Source: a virus (Duplodnaviria; Caudoviricetes). Taken from it: a stretch of 64,000 nt of DNA. The translations under genes and the position numbers were made by a program. Position 1 is the stretch's first letter, and every line of letters starts with the position of its first letter. A model generated the notes under the pieces. It saw only the letters and a list, made by a program, of their open reading frames with translations, made no database searches and was not told the origin of the DNA. Below are positions 1 to 9,161 of the stretch, one piece after another. The stretch lies in IMG/VR virus record IMGVR_UViG_3300021978_000001, positions 256,001 to 320,000 of that record, one strand, 5' to 3'.

Positions 1-278
1 TCCTCATCAGAAGGGGAGTGCAAATACAGCTCTGCGTGAATCTCCTCATCATCATCCTCTGCTGCATCACCAGAATCGACATACGCGTAGGGCAAGGCAA
101 AGAAGCCCGTGCGCGTCGGGCGATCACGCGCGATGCGCACGAGTCGAAAATCTCCCTTGCGAAGGCTGATACACGCACAGCCCAGCTCGGGAGGCAAGGG
201 GATCTGCAAGATGAGCGGAGTCTTCACTTGACCTGTCTTGGGGTCAACCTGGCTCCGCGCGCGTTCGCGTTGTAGCAT
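1..278 (-). CDS. hypothetical protein, partial (runs off window start)
   Basis: Manual translation from ATG at 278 (MLQRERARSQVDPKTGQVKTPLILQ...) stays open to base 1; same strand as neighbouring genes. Confidence 0.5.
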   Translation of the reverse strand, partial: MLQRERARSQVDPKTGQVKTPLILQIPLPPELGCACISLRKGDFRLVRIARDRPTRTGFFALPYAYVDSGDAAEDDDEEIHAELYLHSPSDE

Positions 279-295
279 ACGTGTCAAACAAGACA

Positions 296-796
296 TTACG
301 TTTCCTCCTTGCGTGGGGCCTCTTCCTCATCCTCTGTGGTGAGCAACGCCTGAAACTCATCAGGTTGATTGGGAAGCTGCTCACCTCGCAACCAATCCAG
401 GATACGCATATACCAGGGCGGCTCCGAGGCTTCGAGAACCCAGGTCAACGTTGCGAGATCGGGCGCGTTCTCTTCGAGCCACGACTCATCCTGGATAAAA
501 GCCTCGAAGCGCTCCAGCACCTCATCACGTGTGTGTTTTGCCTTGTAAAAAGGACAGGCACGCGCGTTCTCGACCGTATCACAGAGATTCCCCGGCCAGT
601 TTTGTATATCCTGAGCACCCAACATACAGAAACGCGCTCCCGCACCCGCACTCAAGACGCCTTCACGTTCTTCCGGCTCCTTGTAATTGTACTGGCAGTT
701 GCAAGGCGCCTTGCGTAAATGCTCTCGGAGCATCTCAGCCCGCAGTTCATAACGAACCCGGCGATACCTTCGATGAATTTCTGTCTCCTGGCGCAT
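296..796 (-). CDS. hypothetical protein (Cys-containing, acidic tail)
   Basis: 166 aa ORF tightly packed in the leftward operon. Confidence 0.7.
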   Translation of the reverse strand: MRQETEIHRRYRRVRYELRAEMLREHLRKAPCNCQYNYKEPEEREGVLSAGAGARFCMLGAQDIQNWPGNLCDTVENARACPFYKAKHTRDEVLERFEAFIQDESWLEENAPDLATLTWVLEASEPPWYMRILDWLRGEQLPNQPDEFQALLTTEDEEEAPRKEET

Positions 797-797
797 G

Positions 798-1439
798 CTA
801 CTCCTTGATGTGCTCTAGCACGAGACTCCCGTCTGTGCCCATTCTACCCTTGTACGCATGTGTCGCATGCTCAAGAAAACCCTCGTTGTGTGTAACCAAC
901 AAGACATGAACCCCCAGGCGTTCACACAAGCGCCTCAAGAACTCCCCACAAGTGTCCACATATTCGACACTGAGAGCGGCCAGGGACTCATCGAGGAAAA
1001 GGTATCGTGCCTGCTTTGCCTTGAGCAACACCAGCAAGCGCAACAACAAGCTCTCGATCGAAGCAACACCACCCCCAAACGATTCCAGGGGCGCACCAGC
1101 GCGTCCACCTTGCTCGGTCAAGAACTCGACGTGAACCTTGCCACGCTTCTGGGTAACTTCAATGCGAAAGGTTAAATCCTGGTCATAATAAATCGCCTGG
1201 AGCCCCTCGGTTACGAGCTTCGAGAAGTTCTCTGCGTAGTCATGCACGTGACGTTCGATCAGGTGCTTGAACAGTTCGCTTACTTGCTTGAGAACCTCCA
1301 GCTCTTCATCGAGATCGACCAGCTCTTGCTGCAACTCTGCTTCACGAGACAACAGATTAGCGTGCCTCTCTTCCAGGCGATGCGCCTGTTGCGTGAGAGC
1401 ACCCATGCGCGTCTCGAAGCGTTCAGATAAGGACGTCAT
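798..1439 (-). CDS. Rad50/SbcC-like ABC ATPase, C-terminal half
   Basis: Short coiled coil, then signature SFGGG, Walker B LFLDES, D-loop LAAL, H-loop LLVTHN; no Walker A. Confidence 0.85.
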   Translation of the reverse strand: MTSLSERFETRMGALTQQAHRLEERHANLLSREAELQQELVDLDEELEVLKQVSELFKHLIERHVHDYAENFSKLVTEGLQAIYYDQDLTFRIEVTQKRGKVHVEFLTEQGGRAGAPLESFGGGVASIESLLLRLLVLLKAKQARYLFLDESLAALSVEYVDTCGEFLRRLCERLGVHVLLVTHNEGFLEHATHAYKGRMGTDGSLVLEHIKE

Positions 1440-2605
1440 GCCAACCTCAAGCTCATCAGGGTCGTGAGGTTACACGAGAGATCTTCATCGCGCTGGTGGA
1501 ATTTGGCGTAAACAGGACCTCCCGTGTTCACTCCGACAGTGACCTCCCCAGAACCAAACTTGGACACCGCGAGGTTGAGCCATTCGATGTTCACGATCAC
1601 ACGCAAGGGGGTCCCCGGGTTGGAGACGCGCTCACGCTCCAGCACCATATCCACCGTACAAGTCTGCTGATCCGATACATCCTTAACCGCCAGCGTAAGC
1701 GTCCCCTCGCCCGCCTCGTGCATTGCCCCGAGGCTCAGAGTCAACTCCTGGTCTGTAGCTGCACGCACGGCGTTGAGAGCACCTAGCGCTTGCTTGAGCG
1801 CAGACAGATCGAAGCGCCAGATCTCTTCCTCATCGACCTCGGACCGCAACCCTGGAATTGACGCGGGTGTGAACTGAGGGATCGCAAACCCAAACATCGA
1901 ACCATCATCCCCATGCAAGAGATAGAAACTCCCGGTCGTCTCACACCGAAAGCGCTCGACAGAGGACATCCCCAGAAACTTGATGACCTTGGGAAGCTCC
2001 ACCTTTCCGACCTTGAATACGTCATCGCCTACCTCATAACCTTCGACATCCTTGACGTCGTAGATCGAGATCACGTGCGTATCCGAAGCAAAGAAGCGGT
2101 CGGTCTTGAACTCCGCGATCTGAAACTGGTTCGCAGCTTCATTGTTCGAGGTCTCCTTACCAATAGCTGTCCGCACGAAGCCAAGCCCCTTGGTAAAAGG
2201 CTCGACAGGTCCCGACACCAGCAAGGAAGCACCCTTCTGTTGCTCAGTGAAGTCAGGGAACGCCTCCACATCGAAGGAGGCCAGGAACGCCTTGGCGTCC
2301 TCACACGTCAGGTGCACACCATCATCGAGCGCTTCGATCTCGACGAGTTCCCCCTCGATGTTCGAGAGCCACCCGCTCAAGCGCGCTGCCTCGACTGCAA
2401 ACTTGCCCGAACCATGGATCGCTTCCGCGCCCACGGGCACACATGAGATAAAGATGTTGTCCGTGGTGAGCAAGCGCAGCTCCGACTGATCCAACACACG
2501 CTCGACAAGTACACAGGATGTAATCTGCCCCGCATCCTTGGACACCGCGAGCTTCGAGATCCCCAATGCCTGTTCGAGCAAGTCTTTGTTTATCGTGATA
2601 CGCAT
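1436..2605 (-). CDS. dnaN: DNA polymerase III beta sliding clamp
   Basis: 389 aa; N-terminus MRITINKDLLEQAL and C-terminal NIEWLNLAVSKFGSGEVTV...LMSLRL match the beta-clamp pattern. Confidence 0.8.
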   Translation of the reverse strand: MRITINKDLLEQALGISKLAVSKDAGQITSCVLVERVLDQSELRLLTTDNIFISCVPVGAEAIHGSGKFAVEAARLSGWLSNIEGELVEIEALDDGVHLTCEDAKAFLASFDVEAFPDFTEQQKGASLLVSGPVEPFTKGLGFVRTAIGKETSNNEAANQFQIAEFKTDRFFASDTHVISIYDVKDVEGYEVGDDVFKVGKVELPKVIKFLGMSSVERFRCETTGSFYLLHGDDGSMFGFAIPQFTPASIPGLRSEVDEEEIWRFDLSALKQALGALNAVRAATDQELTLSLGAMHEAGEGTLTLAVKDVSDQQTCTVDMVLERERVSNPGTPLRVIVNIEWLNLAVSKFGSGEVTVGVNTGGPVYAKFHQRDEDLSCNLTTLMSLRLA

Positions 2606-2608
2606 GCC

Positions 2609-2887
2609 TTACCCCTCGTAACGACCGAGCTGGTCTTCCATCTCTTCCAGGGCTTCCTCGAAGAGCGCCACTTCAGCGTTAAGGGCACGTTTCTTCTCTG
2701 CGAGGAGGTCGGAGAGATCTTTCAGCTCCCAACCATGCTCGCGCGCTTCGTCACGAAGACGACGCAACTCCTCTTGAGATGAGTTGAAGGTCGCGACCTT
2801 CTCCGCTCTCGTTGTCACAAGCGATTCACGCTTTTTACGCAGGGCAGAGATCTTGGCCTCCAACTCCTCTTTACTCAGGTCACTCAT
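2609..2887 (-). CDS. small coiled-coil protein
   Basis: 92 aa, almost entirely heptad-like E/K/L-rich helix. Confidence 0.8.
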   Translation of the reverse strand: MSDLSKEELEAKISALRKKRESLVTTRAEKVATFNSSQEELRRLRDEAREHGWELKDLSDLLAEKKRALNAEVALFEEALEEMEDQLGRYEG

Positions 2888-2955
2888 CTTCCATCACCTC
2901 GTGATCAGGGTCTTATTCGTGGTTCGTAGTGTGTTCGTAGGTCATATAAGCCGTC

Positions 2956-3870
2956 TCAATCCTCGACGACCTTACCCCCAAAGCCAATGAATGCTTCGTC
3001 TGTCTCTGTCTCGGGAACAACCTCGACGCCATTCTCGATCTTGTTCCAACGACGCTTGGCGCGTTTCTTGGTCAAGATGGCCTGGCGCTCGGGGCACATG
3101 TTCTCGAACTCGCAGTATTTGCAAGCCGAGCCCGAGGGTGTCGCGCGGAACCAGGTACGTTGGATCTTGGTGAAGGTATCCTGCACCTTGACACGCAACG
3201 CCGCGAGACGCTCGGGCGTCGGTTCGATCCAATCGAACGCGCGCTCACCTTCATCCGCAAAGTGGTAGAAGAAGAACCCGAGCTTGTCGGGTATCTTACC
3301 ATGCATGATCGAAAAAGCCAGTGCGTAGAACAGAAGTTGCTCTTCGTCCACATACTTTTCACGATGCTTGCTGGCCTTGCCGTCGATCAGCAGCAAGGTC
3401 CCATCCGCCTTACGGATCACGAAATCCACGCGCCCGAACATGAAGAAATTCTTCTCCAGGTGCGCTCGCACCGTTACTTCAGAGCGCGCGTAAGGCCCGA
3501 GCAAGCCGTGATCTTTGATGCCCTGGAGTACGCGAGGCACCATCTCCTCGCACATACCCAGGAGATCTTCCATCGTGTACGGGCAGGTCACGTCATCGAA
3601 GTTGACGTACTCGTTGTCCAGGTACTCGTAGAAATACTTGGGCACAAGATCCATGAGCGCCGACGATGTATCCGCCCCCTTACGCCACAGCTCGACGTTG
3701 TAGAAGTCTTCGTACACGCGTTGTACGACAGACCCGACCACAGCATTGTGCCTCGAATCAGGCACAGGAGGATCTTTCTTATCCACCTTGCGCCAACGAT
3801 AATGTTGAGGACACTCGTTGTAGAGCTTGTAGCTCGAATAGGAGAGCCAGTATTCTTTCCGCGCGCTCAT
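2956..3870 (-). CDS. PD-(D/E)XK nuclease, RecB/AddB/Cas4-like with probable Fe-S Cys set
   Basis: LSYSS...ECP, GRVDF...IDGK, QLLFYALA, C-terminal CKYCEFENMC. Confidence 0.85.
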   Translation of the reverse strand: MSARKEYWLSYSSYKLYNECPQHYRWRKVDKKDPPVPDSRHNAVVGSVVQRVYEDFYNVELWRKGADTSSALMDLVPKYFYEYLDNEYVNFDDVTCPYTMEDLLGMCEEMVPRVLQGIKDHGLLGPYARSEVTVRAHLEKNFFMFGRVDFVIRKADGTLLLIDGKASKHREKYVDEEQLLFYALAFSIMHGKIPDKLGFFFYHFADEGERAFDWIEPTPERLAALRVKVQDTFTKIQRTWFRATPSGSACKYCEFENMCPERQAILTKKRAKRRWNKIENGVEVVPETETDEAFIGFGGKVVED

Positions 3871-3886
3871 GCTTACCTCATATGGA

Positions 3887-4903
3887 CTAGGGCGTCGCTT
3901 TATCCAAATAGCGCAACGCTTTTTCTCGTACCTTCACCTCGAAGCCTTTCATGGCCTCGACGGTGGACCGCATATCGGACTCTTCCATGTCCACGGTCTG
4001 TGCAGCGAGCTGGTCGAGGAAATGCTCGATGTTTCGCTGCTCCTCTTGCAACTGTTCGTGCGTCACGAGGTCGAACACCTCATTCGCGGGTCGCACCTGT
4101 AGTGGGATAGCTTCGGTGATGAGCTTGACCTCACCTGTAGCCGGATCTTTTGTGATCTGGAGCCAGCCCACGCGAGGGGTCCGTTCGAGATTGTCATCCG
4201 TCAAGCTACCGCGCGTCATGGACCCAAGGTTGTAGAAGACCTTTCCTCGAACTTCCTCGATGCCCTGGTCGATATGCCAATGTCCAAATATCATGGCATC
4301 CGGTGAACACTCCGCCAGCTCGTGGTAAGACTGGACCTTCTCCTTGCCAAACCACTGCCCCCCTTCGAGAGAGGCAAACGTGTGTGCGCAAACAATCAAG
4401 ATGTCCTCGTCTCCACGCTCGATGTCCCACTCCTCGACCTCGAACTTGACCTTGTAGGGCAACCCCACCACGCGCACGTTGAGCGCTGAGTGTGGACCCG
4501 CGCCCATGCCTCCGCCTTCGGTGACCGTGAAGGTGTGATCTGTCATGCGCTCGAAGACACCTGTAGAAAAAAGCACCCCGAGCGGTTGTTGGTGAATGTA
4601 GTCCACGTTGGCATAAGGGAAATCATGGTTACCCGGATTACAATACACCGGACAGGGGTAGGTGCGGTGGAGATCTGCGACCCTGCGCACGAGTAGGTGG
4701 GAGTTGCGGCTGGCTGACTTGTTATGAAAGAAGTCGCCATTGTCGAGAATTGCATAGGCTTCACGCTCCCTGGCGATGTCCGAGATCTGCTTGAGCTTGT
4801 CGATGCAGGTCTGCGTGTAGTCATCACACCGGGACGCAGGCGCGCGATCACTGATATGAACATCCGTGCGAATCACAAAGCCCATCTTGATAAGACCACT
4901 CAT
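3887..4903 (-). CDS. Mre11/SbcD-like metallophosphoesterase nuclease
   Basis: TDVH, DNGDFFH, GNHD, GHWH motifs; adjacent to Rad50-like gene. Confidence 0.9.
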   Translation of the reverse strand: MSGLIKMGFVIRTDVHISDRAPASRCDDYTQTCIDKLKQISDIAREREAYAILDNGDFFHNKSASRNSHLLVRRVADLHRTYPCPVYCNPGNHDFPYANVDYIHQQPLGVLFSTGVFERMTDHTFTVTEGGGMGAGPHSALNVRVVGLPYKVKFEVEEWDIERGDEDILIVCAHTFASLEGGQWFGKEKVQSYHELAECSPDAMIFGHWHIDQGIEEVRGKVFYNLGSMTRGSLTDDNLERTPRVGWLQITKDPATGEVKLITEAIPLQVRPANEVFDLVTHEQLQEEQRNIEHFLDQLAAQTVDMEESDMRSTVEAMKGFEVKVREKALRYLDKATP

Positions 4904-6117
4904 GCTGCACCTGCCTTCATACTACGCTCACAGGTGGGACACACGCCTGCCTCATGCAAGAGATCGTGCAGTTCGGTATCGAGGCGCTCGATACGTTCAT
5001 CGAGGTCTGTCCGCGCATCCTGACAAGACTTCATGCATGACAGGGCGCGAGTCAAACGCTGTTGAAACCCCGAAAGCATCGCCACCTCTTCTTGCAAGGT
5101 TTCAACCGAGAGTACAGGCACTTCGAGCGTTTCCACCCCCTGGTAGGCTTTCACGAGTTGAAGCGAACGACGAGCGCGCGCGAAAAGCGACTGGGCATGA
5201 GCATACTCGGATAACATCTCCTGGAGCTTATCCTCTCCTGCGGGAGCCACCACATCAGCAACCCCCTGAAGAGCCTCCACGCGCCTCGTACAACGATCGC
5301 GCTCCTGAATAAGGGTCTCCAATCGCCTGATCTCCCCGAGCGCCTCTGTGTAGCTTTCCAGGGGCTCAGGCGAAGGGACTTCGATGTCTGCCACACCATC
5401 ATAGCGCGACACCACCTGGTGATGCCTGTTGTAGTTATCGACCAATCGCTCGACCGATACAATCTCACGCTCCAGGGAGAGCGCTTTACTCCAACGGTCC
5501 CGTACTTCCTGATACTGTCTCATATCTTCTTCGTAGGTCTCAAAGACTGCTTTCTTGGCTTGAACATCCGCGAGGTCTTTCGTGCGCACCTTTTTCGTCG
5601 CCTTGGCAGAGCGACGATCGGAGTCACACGACCGAAGCGCATCCTGCACCGTGGTAAGCCGTTCCACATCCGAGATGGCTTCCGCAGCAACAGAACCCTG
5701 CGCATCTAACAGGAATAGGGGATCGAATTGATCCGCCACCTGTACCGAGAGCTTCTGATCACGACCGACTTCCAGAGGGAAAAACCCCGCCTGCGCCACA
5801 TGCTCGGGGGCTCCGCGACCCACGCTCCGAAGTTCCTCCCCGTTGACATCGTAATCGTTGTAGCTGCCGCCCTTGCGCCAGGTAAGATCTAACGCCCCAC
5901 GTCCCTGGGAAGCAGGAACCTCAAGATGCACCTCGCAATGAGTAATGTCGTCACCTTCGCGCACAAAGGTATCGCCCTCCAGATTTCCCAGGGCGCCTGA
6001 CACCGCGCGAATCACCGCTGACTTCCCGATGTTGGACTTTCCTACCAGGACCGTGAGCCCCTCGATCTCCAACTCCGCGTGTGCGATGGATTGAAAGTTT
6101 GTGATCTCGACCTTCAT
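4900..6117 (-). CDS. Rad50/SbcC-like ABC ATPase, N-terminal half ending in zinc hook
   Basis: ITNFQS, Walker A GKSNIGKS, Q-loop, coiled coil, terminal CPTC; no signature or Walker B. Confidence 0.85.
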   Translation of the reverse strand: MKVEITNFQSIAHAELEIEGLTVLVGKSNIGKSAVIRAVSGALGNLEGDTFVREGDDITHCEVHLEVPASQGRGALDLTWRKGGSYNDYDVNGEELRSVGRGAPEHVAQAGFFPLEVGRDQKLSVQVADQFDPLFLLDAQGSVAAEAISDVERLTTVQDALRSCDSDRRSAKATKKVRTKDLADVQAKKAVFETYEEDMRQYQEVRDRWSKALSLEREIVSVERLVDNYNRHHQVVSRYDGVADIEVPSPEPLESYTEALGEIRRLETLIQERDRCTRRVEALQGVADVVAPAGEDKLQEMLSEYAHAQSLFARARRSLQLVKAYQGVETLEVPVLSVETLQEEVAMLSGFQQRLTRALSCMKSCQDARTDLDERIERLDTELHDLLHEAGVCPTCERSMKAGAA

Positions 6118-6152
6118 ACCTTAACCCTCACGTACTTCGTATTCATACGACA

Positions 6153-6176
6153 CGAGGCGGGACATCGCCCGCCTCG
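6153..6176. terminator. GC-rich hairpin downstream of recA
   Basis: cgaggcggg-acatcg-cccgcctcg, 9 bp stem; no clear U-tract. Confidence 0.4.
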
Positions 6177-6206
6177 ATCAAGCGCCTCGCTTCACACAAG
6201 CAGCGC

Positions 6207-7370
6207 TCACTCGTCGTCTTCGTAATCGTCTTCGTAGTCTTCCCCGTACTCCTCGTCCAACTCCTCGAAATCAGCGTCTTCCATCGTGAGCCCCTCGGAA
6301 CCCGTTTCGTTCCTGAGCTGCATCAAGAGGTGGTAGTAGTGCTCCTCGTTCTCGACCAAGTACGTGCGCAGCGCTTCCTTGCCCTGGTGCGATTGCTCTT
6401 CTCCCGAGGCGTCCACGAACTTGTACCATGCGCCAGACTTTTTGATGATCTTGCGCGCCTCACAGATGTCCATGATCGAACGCACCGAGTCGATACCTTC
6501 ACCGAAACGAATCACCATATCGGCGCTGTGATTGAAGTGCGAAGACACCTTGGTCTTGGTGATGGTTGCGCGCGTGATCCTCGCGACGGCCTGCTTCTCC
6601 TTTTTACGCGTCAGGTCATTCACAAACCCCGTGTCATACTCGTATCGCAAGGGCTTGAGGCTAATGCGCAGCGAAGAGTAGAACTTGAGCGCGACACCAC
6701 CCGAGGTATCTTCGTTGGGGCCTGGATCATACTTACTGGTCTTGATGCGGCTGCGAAGCTGGTTGAGGTAGATGATCGACGTGCCCGTGCGCTTGAGCAC
6801 AGGCACCAGACGACGCAAGAAGTTGGACTGCAAGCGCGCGAGCAGACCAATCTGTCCCGACTCGGACATCTGCCTCTCGTGGAGGTTCTCGGGGACCATG
6901 GCGCTCACCGAATCGACGATGATCAAATCGACCCCGGCTTCTGCGAGCGCGGAGATGATCTCAGCACCCTCCTCCCAGGTGGCGGGCATGTAGAGGTCCC
7001 ACTTATCCTCTGAGTAGTCGATCCCAAGGTTCTGCGCGTAAGCGTAATCGAGCGCGTTCTCATAGTCGAGGAAGCAGACCGTGCCTCCCGCCAACTGAGC
7101 CTGCACCGCGACTTCCAGGGCCACCGTGGTCTTACCCGAGGAGTACGGACCATAAATCTCGATGATACGACCCTTGGGGATACCAGGACACTGACGCTCC
7201 CCTCCATTGACGCGGTTACCCCCGATGAGGTGATCGAGGATAGGTGAACCCGTCGAGATACAATCATGCACCGGGGCCTTGGTAGGGTCCAGGACATGGC
7301 GGTTGTTCTTCATATCGACGGCCTTGTTTTTCTTCAGGGCCGCGCGTGCCTTTTCAAGCGTGCTGCTCAT
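6207..7370 (-). CDS. recA: RecA recombinase
   Basis: Walker A GPYSSGKTT, IIVDSVSAM, NQLRSRI, GGVALKFYSSLRI, KKSGAWY; acidic tail. Confidence 0.97.
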   Translation of the reverse strand: MSSTLEKARAALKKNKAVDMKNNRHVLDPTKAPVHDCISTGSPILDHLIGGNRVNGGERQCPGIPKGRIIEIYGPYSSGKTTVALEVAVQAQLAGGTVCFLDYENALDYAYAQNLGIDYSEDKWDLYMPATWEEGAEIISALAEAGVDLIIVDSVSAMVPENLHERQMSESGQIGLLARLQSNFLRRLVPVLKRTGTSIIYLNQLRSRIKTSKYDPGPNEDTSGGVALKFYSSLRISLKPLRYEYDTGFVNDLTRKKEKQAVARITRATITKTKVSSHFNHSADMVIRFGEGIDSVRSIMDICEARKIIKKSGAWYKFVDASGEEQSHQGKEALRTYLVENEEHYYHLLMQLRNETGSEGLTMEDADFEELDEEYGEDYEDDYEDDE

Positions 7371-8105
7371 TCAGTGCTCCTGTTCGTCCGATTCGTCGGC
7401 TTCGTTGTTTTCGTCGTTGTTTTCGTCAGCGTTCTCGTAGAGCGAATCATACTGCGCAGAGGGATAATCAATGTACTTGCCGTCTTCGCCTTCATTGAAG
7501 ATGTACCCCTCGAAGCGTTCCTTGCCCGTCTTACGTGACACGGTGTTCTTGGTGTACATGTCCTGCTCGTAATCCAGGAGATCGTCCTCCGAGATGTGCC
7601 CACGGATAAGTAGCGCGAAGCGTGAGGCCATAAAGCCACAGATGCCTGCATCAGCCACATTGTTGTTGAAACGGCCTTCGTAATCGAAGATCTCCAGGAA
7701 GAGGTCCTTCATGTCTTGCTTGGACATCTTCCCCTTCTCACCCAGGCGGCGCCTGGCATAGGCTTTGAGTTGGGAAGGCAGGTACAACACAAAAGGAAGC
7801 CTCGCATCCAGCAAGACTTCCCAAATATCCATATACAGAGCATACAAGCCCAGCGAATAACTGGCGCTGAAAGGAGGGTGTTCGATGCCCACGAAGTCTA
7901 TCCCAGTACCCTCGTGGTGTTCGGCTTGAATGAGCGCAGCGAGGCTTTCTCGCAGACTCTTGTAACGCCATGGCATCGGGGTTCGCTTGTTGGTCTTGAA
8001 GGTACCGTGCTTCAAATGAGTAGCGCGATCCCCATCACCCTCGATCGTATCGAGGAGTACCCAACCAAATCCCGTCAATGACGGGTCCAAACCCAGAATA
8101 CGCAT
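7371..8105 (-). CDS. ruvC: RuvC-like Holliday junction resolvase
   Basis: MRILGLDPSLTGFGW, GIEHP, NVADA catalytic motifs. Confidence 0.8.
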   Translation of the reverse strand: MRILGLDPSLTGFGWVLLDTIEGDGDRATHLKHGTFKTNKRTPMPWRYKSLRESLAALIQAEHHEGTGIDFVGIEHPPFSASYSLGLYALYMDIWEVLLDARLPFVLYLPSQLKAYARRRLGEKGKMSKQDMKDLFLEIFDYEGRFNNNVADAGICGFMASRFALLIRGHISEDDLLDYEQDMYTKNTVSRKTGKERFEGYIFNEGEDGKYIDYPSAQYDSLYENADENNDENNEADESDEQEH

Positions 8106-8227
8106 GCCATTCTCCCTACCTTATCGTAACCGTAGTCGAATACGGCGCTGGGCTCACAAGAGAACGCTTGCAAGGCCAGCGCCGGGCTCGACCGCCCGGA
8201 GTTGTGATCAAAGACCACAGAGTCTCA

Positions 8228-8893
8228 TCAACCCAACGTGCTCATGAGCCCGTCAAAGTCGAGGTCATCATCATCCGAGGATACAACCTCGACAGGCTGA
8301 CCCATGGCCGCCTTGATCTCGTCGATCGAGACTTCGCGAGCCAGGTTGATGTCACCGTGATCAGCGACCGCCTTCAAGACCGCTGCGCGCATGTCAGGGT
8401 CGCGACGCCACAGAGCTTCACCCGAGCATGCAGTGAACGTGAGCTTCTGATACTGCTCGCCGTTGCAGTTCACCTTCAGGTCATGCATGGTGAGAGGGAA
8501 CTCTTCGTTGATGGCCGCGAGGTCCTCGAACTTCGAGGAACCGAACTGCCACTCCATGATCTCGTATTCGAGAGGAGGCTGGGGCTTCCCGCTGCGGTCC
8601 GTGCGGTACTTGAGCACGTAGGTCCCGAGACGAATCTTGGGAGCGCCGAACTTCTGGGTCGTGTACTCACCCTGGGGCTTGATGTACCCGAGCCCGGGGG
8701 CGTAGTGGCAACGAACCTTCGCGAACTTGGGAGTGGCATTTTCTCCCAACTCGTACTCGCCGGTCTCAGGGTTCTTGTAAAACCAGATGAGCGCGATGCG
8801 GTCCGTCTGGTTTTCCTTGCCCTTGTAGCGCTCAAGGCGTCCGTTGTTGAGGACTTCCTTATCGCCGCGACCAAATCCAATGAAATCTGACAT
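8228..8893 (-). CDS. probable phage single-stranded DNA-binding protein
   Basis: Aromatic beta-rich body, acidic-hydrophobic tail SSDDDDLDFDGLMSTLG, next to recA/ruvC; strong SD (aaggag). Confidence 0.6.
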   Translation of the reverse strand: MSDFIGFGRGDKEVLNNGRLERYKGKENQTDRIALIWFYKNPETGEYELGENATPKFAKVRCHYAPGLGYIKPQGEYTTQKFGAPKIRLGTYVLKYRTDRSGKPQPPLEYEIMEWQFGSSKFEDLAAINEEFPLTMHDLKVNCNGEQYQKLTFTACSGEALWRRDPDMRAAVLKAVADHGDINLAREVSIDEIKAAMGQPVEVVSSDDDDLDFDGLMSTLG

Positions 8894-8894
8894 A

Positions 8895-9035
8895 GTACGT
8901 CTCCTTTTGAGAACGTGGGTGAGCTGGAGGCATAAGGACCTCTCGTCTGGATGCGGTCCGGCTCACAGTTTGTTGATCCCCATACGCCTAATGCGTGAGA
9001 TGGGGCGAAACGCCACCGAGGTCCTCCGGTGGTAG
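8895..9035 (-). promoter_or_regulatory. structured 5' leader of the SSB-like gene
   Basis: Stems 9013-9018/9027-9032, 8978-8987/8993-9005, 8919-8924/8961-8966, 8936-8940/8955-8959; alternative 8 bp pairing 8935-8942 with 9018-9025. Confidence 0.45.
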
Positions 9036-9095
9036 AGGTACACTTTTATTTAACTTCTTCGACTTACAAAACCTGCTCATCCCTGCATGGTTGCT

Positions 9096-9161
9096 TGTGA
9101 TCCAGGGGCTATAGCCTTATGTGATCTGAACAACCTTACAGTGTGATCTTGAGCTGTGATC
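9096..9161. repeat. four direct TGTGATC repeats
   Basis: Copies at 9096, 9120, 9142, 9155 (another at 9508). Confidence 0.6.

Noticed and set aside
2956-3870. Cas4-like nuclease as evidence for CRISPR-Cas
   Set aside because: No repeat-spacer array or other cas genes seen; the context is recombination
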